Shown here piece by piece: positions 36,773-45,301 of a DNA stretch of 64,000 nt (its first letter is position 1; each line of letters opens with the position of its first letter). The stretch spans positions 96,001 to 160,000 of the forward strand of contig JACQID010000004.1 in assembly GCA_016198685.1 (NCBI GenBank). The letters run 5' to 3'. The translations under genes were made by a program, and so were the position numbers. The stretch is from Candidatus Aenigmatarchaeota archaeon. GTDB taxonomy: Archaea; Aenigmatarchaeota; Aenigmatarchaeia; GW2011-AR5. The notes below the pieces were generated by a model. That model was not told the origin of the DNA. It made no database searches and saw only the letters and a program-made list of their open reading frames with translations.

Positions 36773-38980
36773 ATGTCTCTTGCCAAAGTACAGCCTCATT
36801 TACCAGCACTGCTTTCATGCGACGAAGAGGGCAGAATCATCCATACGATTGACTATTCGGACCTTTATGAAAAGCTGCAAAATATAGGTTCCTGGTTCGA
36901 GTCCATAAAATTGTCCAGCGGAGATACAGTTGCGCTTGCCATGCATAACAGGGCAGAGTTGCTGCTCGTCAGCTGGGCCGCATGGTCTCTTGGCATAATA
37001 ACAGCTCCGCTTGATGTAAGAAGAGATGCCGAAGAGCAGCATCTGTATAAAATAGGACTTACCAAGCCGAAGCTTCTATTGGGAGATAAAAAATTTTCCG
37101 GTCTCATGAGGAATTTTGAAGACATTGAAAGCATTTCATCGCTTTCTGCGGCCAAGCCGGTTGCGTGGAAAAAAGGAATCGAGCATCCGGCGTTGATACT
37201 TTTTACATCCGGAACAACTTCCCATCCGAAAGGCGCAAAGCTCAGCCTCAAGAACCTCATGACTAATGCCGACGGCATCAGAGACTGGTTCAAGATTACA
37301 GAGAAAGACAGGTTTCTTGTTTTGCTGCCGCTGCATCATATAAATTCCACGAGTTTCACGCTTGCGACGATATTAGGCGGGGCAAGCATAGCGATACCGC
37401 CTGCTTATTCGAGCTCAAAATTCTGGTCACAACTGGCAAATAGCCAAAGCACATTTACCTCTATTGTGCCGACAATATGCTTCGACCAGCTATCACAGGA
37501 GTCTGCTTTCAAATCAGAAAATCTGCATGTTACAAGGATACAGATAGGCTCTGCCCCGGTCATCGCGGGCGACGCAAAGAAGTTCATTGAGATGTACAAA
37601 ATACCCCTTTATCAGGGATATGGGCAGACGGAAACTGCCCTGCGCGTCACAGGAGTGCCTCTTGATTTGGATAAGAAAAGTTATAGCCGTCTCGTCGATG
37701 AAAATAGCATAGGCAAGCCGATGAAATGGGCGGATGTAATAATAATGGGGAAGGACGGAAAAGCTCTGCGTGAAGGTGAAGAAGGCGAGCTTGCAGTAAA
37801 GGGAGATGCAATAATGGAGGGATATCTTGGGAATCAGAATAACAACGATGTCTTTAGAAATGGGTACTTCCTTACAGGTGATATAGGCTTCTACAATAAA
37901 ATAAATGGGGAGTCATTTTTCTTCCTTAAGGGCAGATCCAAAGAGATAATAATCAAGGGCGGAGTCAATATTTCTCCGGCGTCCGTGGAAGATCGTTTGA
38001 AGCAATGCGATTCTGCTATAGACCAGGTCTATGTGATAGGCCTGCCTGACAGGCGATACGGCGAAGAAGTTGCTGCCGTCGTCTGCTGGAAGAAGGGCGA
38101 AGATGCAGTAAAGGCCGAAGCCAAACTAAGGTACAGGCTTATGAATCCGCTTCCAAACATAAGGTCATTCGAGGTTCCGCAGTATATAACGACTATAAAC
38201 GCTTCGGAACTGCCTATGACATCGACAGGCAAAGTTCAGCGTTCTGTAATCAAAAAAATGATCGCTCCTGAAAAATTCCGGCATGTAAACACGATAGTTA
38301 AGAGCGAAAAATACGAATTCATGCGCCTTGCTGCTTACGATAAGCCACGAATGAAAGAGGCGCTTGAGCTTTTCAATCGCTGCTGGCAGCCGCTTAGTAT
38401 TGATGCCCAGAAATTCCATGAGCATGTAAGCAATGGTTTTGTCATGGTATGCGTGCCTAAGAAAGGCGGCGCAATTGAAAGCATGATAAGCCTGCTGCGC
38501 ACAGATCTTACAGACAAAGAACTTTCAAAATCAACATATGATAAACTGACAGGAAATTTGTCAATGTCAACAAGCAAGCTTTACGGGAAGAACATAGTCT
38601 GCGTTTCCATATGCAGCTCTGCCTATGTGCCTCAAGAGCCAAAACAAGCCAAACCGCCGTCTGTTTCTTACATGGAAAAATATCTTGAAGCAGGCAAGGA
38701 CCCTGTTTATGGATTCCATGCAAAAAAGAAAGGCGGCATAGAAGGTGCCAAGCTGCTCTCTTTGTTGCCGAATGCGAGACCGGATGACAAGCTTTCCTTG
38801 GGCTATTGCATGCTTCTTGAATATGCGCGAATACCTAATGCGCCTTGCATACCAGAAAGTGCATCGCCTGCCTCGCAGCTTATAGAAGCTGTCATGGAAT
38901 TTGCAAGGCAGCAGGACGTGGAGCGCGTATTTGCTTTCTCAAGGCCCGCAGGGGCATCCGAATATTTTAGCAGGAAATAA
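36773..38980 (+). CDS. Class I adenylate-forming enzyme (acyl-CoA synthetase-like) fused to a GNAT-like C-terminal domain
   Basis: FTSGTTSHPKG, QGYGQTE, FLTGDIG, GRSKEIIIKGG, TSTGKVQR; extra ~230-aa tail with DPVYGFH, RPDD, SLGY and FAFSRP. Confidence 0.85.
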   Translation: MSLAKVQPHLPALLSCDEEGRIIHTIDYSDLYEKLQNIGSWFESIKLSSGDTVALAMHNRAELLLVSWAAWSLGIITAPLDVRRDAEEQHLYKIGLTKPKLLLGDKKFSGLMRNFEDIESISSLSAAKPVAWKKGIEHPALILFTSGTTSHPKGAKLSLKNLMTNADGIRDWFKITEKDRFLVLLPLHHINSTSFTLATILGGASIAIPPAYSSSKFWSQLANSQSTFTSIVPTICFDQLSQESAFKSENLHVTRIQIGSAPVIAGDAKKFIEMYKIPLYQGYGQTETALRVTGVPLDLDKKSYSRLVDENSIGKPMKWADVIIMGKDGKALREGEEGELAVKGDAIMEGYLGNQNNNDVFRNGYFLTGDIGFYNKINGESFFFLKGRSKEIIIKGGVNISPASVEDRLKQCDSAIDQVYVIGLPDRRYGEEVAAVVCWKKGEDAVKAEAKLRYRLMNPLPNIRSFEVPQYITTINASELPMTSTGKVQRSVIKKMIAPEKFRHVNTIVKSEKYEFMRLAAYDKPRMKEALELFNRCWQPLSIDAQKFHEHVSNGFVMVCVPKKGGAIESMISLLRTDLTDKELSKSTYDKLTGNLSMSTSKLYGKNIVCVSICSSAYVPQEPKQAKPPSVSYMEKYLEAGKDPVYGFHAKKKGGIEGAKLLSLLPNARPDDKLSLGYCMLLEYARIPNAPCIPESASPASQLIEAVMEFARQQDVERVFAFSRPAGASEYFSRK

Positions 38981-39026
38981 TGATGATTTTACAGTTTGAG
39001 ATTAATAAAATAGAAATGCAAAAATG

Positions 39027-39215
39027 TTAGTCGAGGTCCGTATCTATATCATCCAGAGTATTCTGAAGACTCTCAACGTTAGTGGCTATATCACCCACTG
39101 CTTCGGAAGCCTGTTCCTGCGTTTTCACGGGGTTGTCGTTGCCTATGCAGCCGCTCATGAAAACGAGAGAACTGATCACAACGAGCAGCATGAAAACAGC
39201 TTTTACGTTCATCAT
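39027..39215 (-). CDS. Small lipoprotein with coiled coil
   Basis: Lipobox FMSGC, acidic amphipathic tail; overlaps stop of upstream gene. Confidence 0.7.
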   Translation of the reverse strand: MMNVKAVFMLLVVISSLVFMSGCIGNDNPVKTQEQASEAVGDIATNVESLQNTLDDIDTDLD

Positions 39216-41386
39216 ATTTCACCTTGTTCATTTATACTTGGCTCTGAAACAACGGGTTCTGAAGGCTCCCTTCGTGCAGGCGGTTGCGGGTTATTGAAGC
39301 CGGATTGAGGCTGGCCCTGGAAAGGCTGTGGCTGAGAGAAGCTTTCACCCTCAAAACCTTGGTCAGGTGCCGGGTTCCTCGGCCTGAAATTATCTCCCTG
39401 AGCTGGGTACTGGATACCCGGACCTTGATTATCTATTGGCATGTAAGGATCTCTGTAATTGTCGCCGAACTCATCGCTAAAACCGGGTTGCCTGAAGTTT
39501 CCAGGTGGAGGCCTGCCGAATTGCTGATCCTGCAGGTCAGTTCTGAATTCATCATCTCTTCTCATCCCCTGCTGGCTTCTGTAATCTTGTGGAATTGGCT
39601 GATACTGGTCATATTGATTGTTATATTGGAACTGGCTTCTTCCTTCTATCAATGCGGTCAATCCCTGTTTCGCTTCAGGCGGAAGTCGGTTGCCAAAAGT
39701 ATCCAGGCACTTTTTGGCGTTTTCGGCATTTTCAAAGCATGCCTGCTTGCAATCCTCGCCCTGGCATACTCCTTCAACTGCACCGCCTGCCTGAACGCCT
39801 TCCTGTTTCATCATCTCGTAAAGTGGCCCTTCACAGTAAGGCAAAACGTCGGTTTCAGGATCTCTTATGCCCAGGCTGTATTTCTCTATTTTGCATGTCA
39901 TCGACTGGCTCTCGCTTCCTTGCGTCATGGTTGCCTGAAGTATGCACTTGTTATCTTCGAGTCCTGTAATCTCAACTGTAGGCCCGTTTCGTCCTTCAGG
40001 CAGGAATTTCACGGGGCTGCATATGCGGATTGCCTTGTCAAAGCACCTCTCATCAGTGCCGCAGTCACTGCCGCTCCCCGAAACTATATTTTGCACATCA
40101 TCGTTTGAGCTAAGCATCACGTAAACTATGTCTTTTATGGCGACATCCTTGAGATATTTTATGTCATGTTTTATTTCTGTCATGTCTTCAATCGTAAGGG
40201 TGTCAAGCCTTTCTTTCATCTTGTCCTTTATGTCTTGAACGTTGCCCTTGGCAGATTGGAACATGTCGGCAACCCTTCTGAATCTGTTCTCATCTGTTGA
40301 ACCCGTTGATTTATAATAATCAGCGACATCATCTGCCTGCTTGGAAAGTTTATCAAGCTCGACCACTAATTTTTCCAATTTGAATGCTATTGACAGTACT
40401 TCGGTTGAGTCCGGCACGTTGGAAGGTCTTTCCACGTAGACATCGTTCTCGTCACCCTGACGGACGCATTCAGCAAAACTTACGCAGCCGTTGCGGTCTC
40501 TTTTGACTATCATCTCGCCGCCGTTCTGATGGCAAGTGCTATACGCAGCATCTTCGACATTCTGCCTGCAATAATTCTGTTCTGCGCATCTGTAGAAAAT
40601 GCAGCCGCTTTGGTCAAAATCTTTTGTTATGCTCAGGCCGCGAGAGCTGCACTCATTTTCAGCCGTTACGCGGGATTGCTGAGTGCTTGGGCATATCTTA
40701 TTTTGTTCTGTCTGTATGCATGATGCAACGCCGCATCCGTTTTCCTGTCTTACAACGCCCTTGAGACCTGAAGACTCGCAGCTTCTGAGTGTCGTATCTA
40801 TCTGTTCGCGGGAGGGGCATTGATCATATTTCTTAAATAGCTGGCCCTGCAGTTGCCCGCCTTGGTCGAATTGGCAATAGAACATATCGCATCCGTTAGG
40901 CGATTTGGAAAATTGGGGCATTCCGCCGCCGTTCCTGCATGCATCAATGCTTTCTTTGGGTGCAGGCTGGCAGGAGACCGCTCCTTCGCATATGACTCTT
41001 ACAAAACCGGTCTCGTCACGTTCTTCTCTGCATCCGGGAGGCGGACCTCTGTGCTCAGGAACAGTTTGGGGAGGCATGCCTTCAGTATCACCACCTTCTT
41101 GAGTTCCGTCAGGAGTATCTGCCTCTTGTCTGCTATTTGCATCTTCCGTATCTCCGGCAGGCATTTCTTCAGAGGAAGGTTCGGAAATATCATTCGTTGA
41201 TTCTTCATTTGCAGGCTCCGAAGGTGGTGTTGATTCTTGAGGCGTTGATTCTTCATTTGCAGGCTCCGAAGGTGGTGTTGATTCTGCTGGCGGCTCTGCA
41301 GTTTCGGTCTGGGCAGACGAAACAGAAAGAATTAATATCGCAGCGGCAAATAGAATGAATATGCTTTTTGTGGAGTTATTGGCCAT
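39212..41386 (-). CDS. Large secreted Cys-rich, low-complexity surface protein
   Basis: Signal peptide from MANNSTK; acidic Pro/Glu/Ser repeats; repeated GC-x3-5-C units; coiled coil; Q/P/G-rich C-terminus. Confidence 0.8.
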   Translation of the reverse strand: MANNSTKSIFILFAAAILILSVSSAQTETAEPPAESTPPSEPANEESTPQESTPPSEPANEESTNDISEPSSEEMPAGDTEDANSRQEADTPDGTQEGGDTEGMPPQTVPEHRGPPPGCREERDETGFVRVICEGAVSCQPAPKESIDACRNGGGMPQFSKSPNGCDMFYCQFDQGGQLQGQLFKKYDQCPSREQIDTTLRSCESSGLKGVVRQENGCGVASCIQTEQNKICPSTQQSRVTAENECSSRGLSITKDFDQSGCIFYRCAEQNYCRQNVEDAAYSTCHQNGGEMIVKRDRNGCVSFAECVRQGDENDVYVERPSNVPDSTEVLSIAFKLEKLVVELDKLSKQADDVADYYKSTGSTDENRFRRVADMFQSAKGNVQDIKDKMKERLDTLTIEDMTEIKHDIKYLKDVAIKDIVYVMLSSNDDVQNIVSGSGSDCGTDERCFDKAIRICSPVKFLPEGRNGPTVEITGLEDNKCILQATMTQGSESQSMTCKIEKYSLGIRDPETDVLPYCEGPLYEMMKQEGVQAGGAVEGVCQGEDCKQACFENAENAKKCLDTFGNRLPPEAKQGLTALIEGRSQFQYNNQYDQYQPIPQDYRSQQGMRRDDEFRTDLQDQQFGRPPPGNFRQPGFSDEFGDNYRDPYMPIDNQGPGIQYPAQGDNFRPRNPAPDQGFEGESFSQPQPFQGQPQSGFNNPQPPARREPSEPVVSEPSINEQGEI
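41195..41285. repeat. Two exact 43-bp direct repeats (48-bp period) encoding ESTPPSEPANEEST
   Basis: CGTTGATTCTTCATTTGCAGGCTCCGAAGGTGGTGTTGATTCT at 41195-41237 and 41243-41285. Confidence 0.92.
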
Positions 41387-41432
41387 ACAGAGTTTTGGAT
41401 TTGAGTGATATATATAGTTATCGTGATTTGGC

Positions 41433-41912
41433 ATGAAAACTGAATTGATTGCGCTTGCAGGGATTGGATTATTTTTACTTATTGTTTTGGTTCGCCCGAC
41501 CGCTCCTGCTTCTTTGCCGGAGATATCAGTCGAGGGTTTCGTGCCCGTGAAAATAGAAATCAACGGAAGCGATATGATATTGTCAGGCGAATGCAGAAGC
41601 ATCTTAATGGCAGTAAGCGAACATCAGGCGCTTTCCATCGCAAGTGCATTGAACAACGAATATTATATCAGGCCGCTCACGCACGATCTTATGAGAGACA
41701 TATTTGAGAATTATAAGATAGAACTGAATTCGGCAAGAATAGATTCTTTTACAGACGGTGTATATACTGCCAAGATATACGTGACCAAGGATTCAAAAAT
41801 TCTTGAAATGGATGCAAGGCCAACCGATGCGGCAGGAATTGCATTGAGGATGGGAGTGCCGCTCTATTTCAATGAAGATCTATTGAAGATCAACGGTGAA
41901 AAAATATGCTGA
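41433..41912 (+). CDS. Bifunctional nuclease (DUF151) family protein with N-terminal membrane anchor
   Basis: EHQALSIA, RPLTHDL, GVYTAKI, DARPTDAAGIALR. Confidence 0.85.
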   Translation: MKTELIALAGIGLFLLIVLVRPTAPASLPEISVEGFVPVKIEINGSDMILSGECRSILMAVSEHQALSIASALNNEYYIRPLTHDLMRDIFENYKIELNSARIDSFTDGVYTAKIYVTKDSKILEMDARPTDAAGIALRMGVPLYFNEDLLKINGEKIC

Positions 41913-42655
41913 ACAATCGTCAGGGGATGAACAACAATATGGTTGCAGCAGGCTTCATATTCATATTCATTGCTGGGCTCGCTGGCGGATATTATTATCA
42001 CAATCTGCAGAATGAGAGCGTAGGGGTCATAGTTGACGAGCAGGATAGCCGGACAGTAGAAATGATCATAGCTGCGGTTGATTCCGAAGGAAAGGGCGTC
42101 ACGGGCAAGCTCTTCACAACAGTGCGTCCGGCTGCGTCACCGGGCTCTGGACAGGTTCTTGTCAGCGTAAACAACGTTCTCTCGCAGCTTGACACACAGG
42201 CTTCAGCAAGGACTGCCGTTCATGCCGCAGGCAGATATACTGACAAGAAGATTAGCGACTACGATGTCATCTATGTCATGGAGGTCAATGCACGTTCGAT
42301 AGAAGGGCCGTCTGCAGGTGCAGCCATGGCCGTTTCGGCGTTAGCTGCATTGAATAACCGGCTCATAGACCCGCACGTTTCAATAACCGGCGCCATAAGA
42401 GAGGATGGCACGATAGCGCCGGTGGGGGGAGTTGAAGAAAAATTCGCAGCGGCAAAAAATGCCGGCATACGCGTATTCCTCGTGGCCGGCGGTCAATCCG
42501 TTGAGAGCACTGCCGAAAGATCCAAAACATGTACTACATCCAACGGTTATGAATATTGTAAGGTATCTTATAGCGTCAAAAAAACCAGCATAAGTGATGA
42601 CTTAAAAGAAGTCTCGGATATTGGCGAGGCTTTGGAATATTTTGTCAAGAACTAA
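41906..42655 (+). CDS. Membrane-anchored Lon-type (S16) protease domain without ATPase
   Basis: IEGPSAG Ser and GGVEEK Lys 43 residues apart; ITGAIREDGTIAPVGG; N-terminal TM. Confidence 0.88.
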   Translation: MLNNRQGMNNNMVAAGFIFIFIAGLAGGYYYHNLQNESVGVIVDEQDSRTVEMIIAAVDSEGKGVTGKLFTTVRPAASPGSGQVLVSVNNVLSQLDTQASARTAVHAAGRYTDKKISDYDVIYVMEVNARSIEGPSAGAAMAVSALAALNNRLIDPHVSITGAIREDGTIAPVGGVEEKFAAAKNAGIRVFLVAGGQSVESTAERSKTCTTSNGYEYCKVSYSVKKTSISDDLKEVSDIGEALEYFVKN

Positions 42656-45173
42656 TTTCTTTTCTTTTTATAGACGATTGGGCGGCTGCAAGCCTTGCAA
42701 TCTTTATACTGTAAACCGAGCATGACACATAATCAAGTCCAAGAGAATCGAAGAATTTTATCGATGCCGGATCGCCTCCATGCTCGCCGCATACACTCAT
42801 CCTGACATTTTTTCTCTTGCCTGCCACGCTAGCTATCCTGATCAGTGCTCCCACGCCATTTTTATCTATGGTCAAGAAAGGGTTTTCTTCAAGCAGGTGG
42901 CTTTCGAGGTATCTTGCCAGGAATTTTTTTTCAGCATCGTCACGCGAAAAGCCGTATGTAGCCTGCGTAAGATCGTTAGTCCCGAAAGAAAAGAATGCAG
43001 CGTAGTCAGCGATCCGGTCTGCCGTGATGCAGGCTCTCGGCAGTTCAATCATTGCACCAATAGAGTAATTGGCCCATTTCTTCTGTTTTGCCATGAAATC
43101 CGCGGCAGCCTTGTCAATAATGCTTCTCGTTTCCTTCATTTCTTCCCATGAGCTGACAAGCGGAATCATTATTTCGGGAGTAGCCCCTGTTTCCATCGCA
43201 GCCGCGATTATTGCCTTTGTCTGCATAGCGTATATTTCCGGAAACATTATGCCGAGCCTGCAGCCCCGGAGACCCATCATAGGATTCTTTTCTTTTAGGG
43301 ACATGACATTTTCCAGCATCCTTTCTTTTTCTGCGGTATTCTGCCCTTCTTTTTTGAGCAAAGCAAGCTCCTCTTTCAGCTTATCCGGATCCGGCAAAAA
43401 TTCGTGGAGTGGAGGATCAAGGAGTCTTATGGTTACAGGAAGACTTCCCATAATTTTGAATATCCCGATGAAATCCTGCTTCTGGAATTCCATCATCTTT
43501 TCCAGGCTCTTGCCTTTATCGTCTTCCATTATCATCTTCTGAATTTCTTGAAGACGCTCGCCGAAGAACATATGCTCTGTCCTGCAGAGTCCTATGCCGC
43601 GCGCTCCGGCTTTTATCGCCTTTTCAGCGTCCTCTGGATTGTCGGCATTCGCAAAAACTCTGATGCTGGCAAAAGAATCGCACCATGAAAGCAGTGTGTT
43701 AAAATATTTGGATGCTGCAGGTTCGCCCATCAATACTTCGCCTTCTATGATGTCTCCTGTCGAGCCGTCTACTGTGATTATGCTCCCTTCGGCAACCGAA
43801 ACGCCTCCCGCAGAAATATTGCGGCCTGCGTAGTCTAATTTTATCCCGGCACTGGTTATGCAAGGCATCCCCATGCCTCTTGCTATTACTATAGCATGCG
43901 AAGTCGCTCCGCCGCCAGCCGCTACGAGCGCTTGGCAGGAAGGTATGACAGGTATATCGTCTGGTGATGTATCTTTGACTACAAGTATGACTTTTCTGCC
44001 TTTTGCCGTCAGTTCGGCAGCTTTTTGCGTATCGAATATTATTTCTCCTGATGCTGCGCCAGGCGATGCGCCAATGCCCTTTGCTATCGTGCGTTTCTCT
44101 GCCGACGGGTCTATCCGTTTTTGCAAAAGTCTTCTTGCTTCATAAGGATCGACCCTCATTATAGCTTCTTCGCGCGTTATCAGGCCTTCTTCCGCCATCT
44201 CGACTGCCGCGCGCACTGCAGCTTCCGATGTTCTTTTGGCTCTTGCAACTTCGAGAATGTAAAGCTTGCTTTTCTCGATGGTGAATTCCATATACTGCAT
44301 GTCCCTGTAATGCGATTCAAGAAGTGACGCTATCGTGCCTATCTCTGCGTATGCCGATGGAAAGATATCCTTCATGCGGTCTATCGGCTCAGGCGTCACG
44401 ATGCCTGATACGAGGTCTTCGCCTTGCATGCCGCTGATGAATTCCCCGTAAATCTTCTTCTTGCCGGTTGACGGATCCCGCGAAAAGCATACGCCGGTGC
44501 CGGAGGCGGGCAGATTTCCGTAAATCATGCTCTGAACTATGCATGCTGTGCCTATGGCGCTGTCAATGCCATTTTTCTTCCTGTAATCTGCCGCTTTCGG
44601 CGAATTCCACGAGCGGAACATGCCCCGTACGCATTCAAGTATCTGCTCTTCGGCATCCTGTGGGAAAACGTGTTTTTCCGATTCTATAATCCTCTTGAAA
44701 GATTCGCAGTCGTTTTTTGCGCTGGCCGTTGACTTGAACCTTTCTGGAGGTATGCCAAGTATCACGATGCCGAAAGTTTTTATGAAACGCGCGTAAGAAT
44801 TATACGCAAAGTTTTCCCCGCTTTGTTGCGCAAAAATTTTCACCGTTTGATCATTCAGGCCTGCATTGAGGATGCTTTCAACTATTCCCGGCATGGAAAT
44901 TTCAGAACCATGACGGACTGAGACTGTACGCCCCTCTCCGAATTTTTTATCCGTGCCATCCTCAAGGCACGGAAGCCGCGCCCTTATTTGCTCTTCGCAT
45001 TCTTCAGGCAGCCTGCCTGAGCGTAGGAAATATGCGCAGGCATCCGTCGTCACAATGAATCCAGGGGGAACGGGCAAGCCCATACCGGTCATTTCTGCAA
45101 GATTCGCGCCCTTTTCTCCAAGAAGTCCGGATGCATTAGCCGTACCCTCGCGCAGAGTGTAGACATATCTCAT
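42645..45173 (-). CDS. ppdK: Pyruvate phosphate dikinase homologue with a substituted nucleotide-binding site
   Basis: GEKGANLAEM, GGATSHA (phospho-His), GLCRTEHMF, TIRLLDPPLHEF, SFGTNDLTQ, CGEHGGDP; but MQYMEF and LEVARAKR where PPDK has MQDxEF and LQTRxGKR. Confidence 0.85.
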   Translation of the reverse strand: MRYVYTLREGTANASGLLGEKGANLAEMTGMGLPVPPGFIVTTDACAYFLRSGRLPEECEEQIRARLPCLEDGTDKKFGEGRTVSVRHGSEISMPGIVESILNAGLNDQTVKIFAQQSGENFAYNSYARFIKTFGIVILGIPPERFKSTASAKNDCESFKRIIESEKHVFPQDAEEQILECVRGMFRSWNSPKAADYRKKNGIDSAIGTACIVQSMIYGNLPASGTGVCFSRDPSTGKKKIYGEFISGMQGEDLVSGIVTPEPIDRMKDIFPSAYAEIGTIASLLESHYRDMQYMEFTIEKSKLYILEVARAKRTSEAAVRAAVEMAEEGLITREEAIMRVDPYEARRLLQKRIDPSAEKRTIAKGIGASPGAASGEIIFDTQKAAELTAKGRKVILVVKDTSPDDIPVIPSCQALVAAGGGATSHAIVIARGMGMPCITSAGIKLDYAGRNISAGGVSVAEGSIITVDGSTGDIIEGEVLMGEPAASKYFNTLLSWCDSFASIRVFANADNPEDAEKAIKAGARGIGLCRTEHMFFGERLQEIQKMIMEDDKGKSLEKMMEFQKQDFIGIFKIMGSLPVTIRLLDPPLHEFLPDPDKLKEELALLKKEGQNTAEKERMLENVMSLKEKNPMMGLRGCRLGIMFPEIYAMQTKAIIAAAMETGATPEIMIPLVSSWEEMKETRSIIDKAAADFMAKQKKWANYSIGAMIELPRACITADRIADYAAFFSFGTNDLTQATYGFSRDDAEKKFLARYLESHLLEENPFLTIDKNGVGALIRIASVAGKRKNVRMSVCGEHGGDPASIKFFDSLGLDYVSCSVYSIKIARLAAAQSSIKRKEISS

Positions 45174-45301
45174 GGATTAATAATGGCTTTCGTATTTAAT
45201 AAATGAGGAAAATATTCATTTAGGTTATAAAAATCGCAGGTTTCTTTTGAGATAATTTATTATTTCCTCTTGCCAAACTTTCTTTCACTCTCGATCCAGC
45301 C

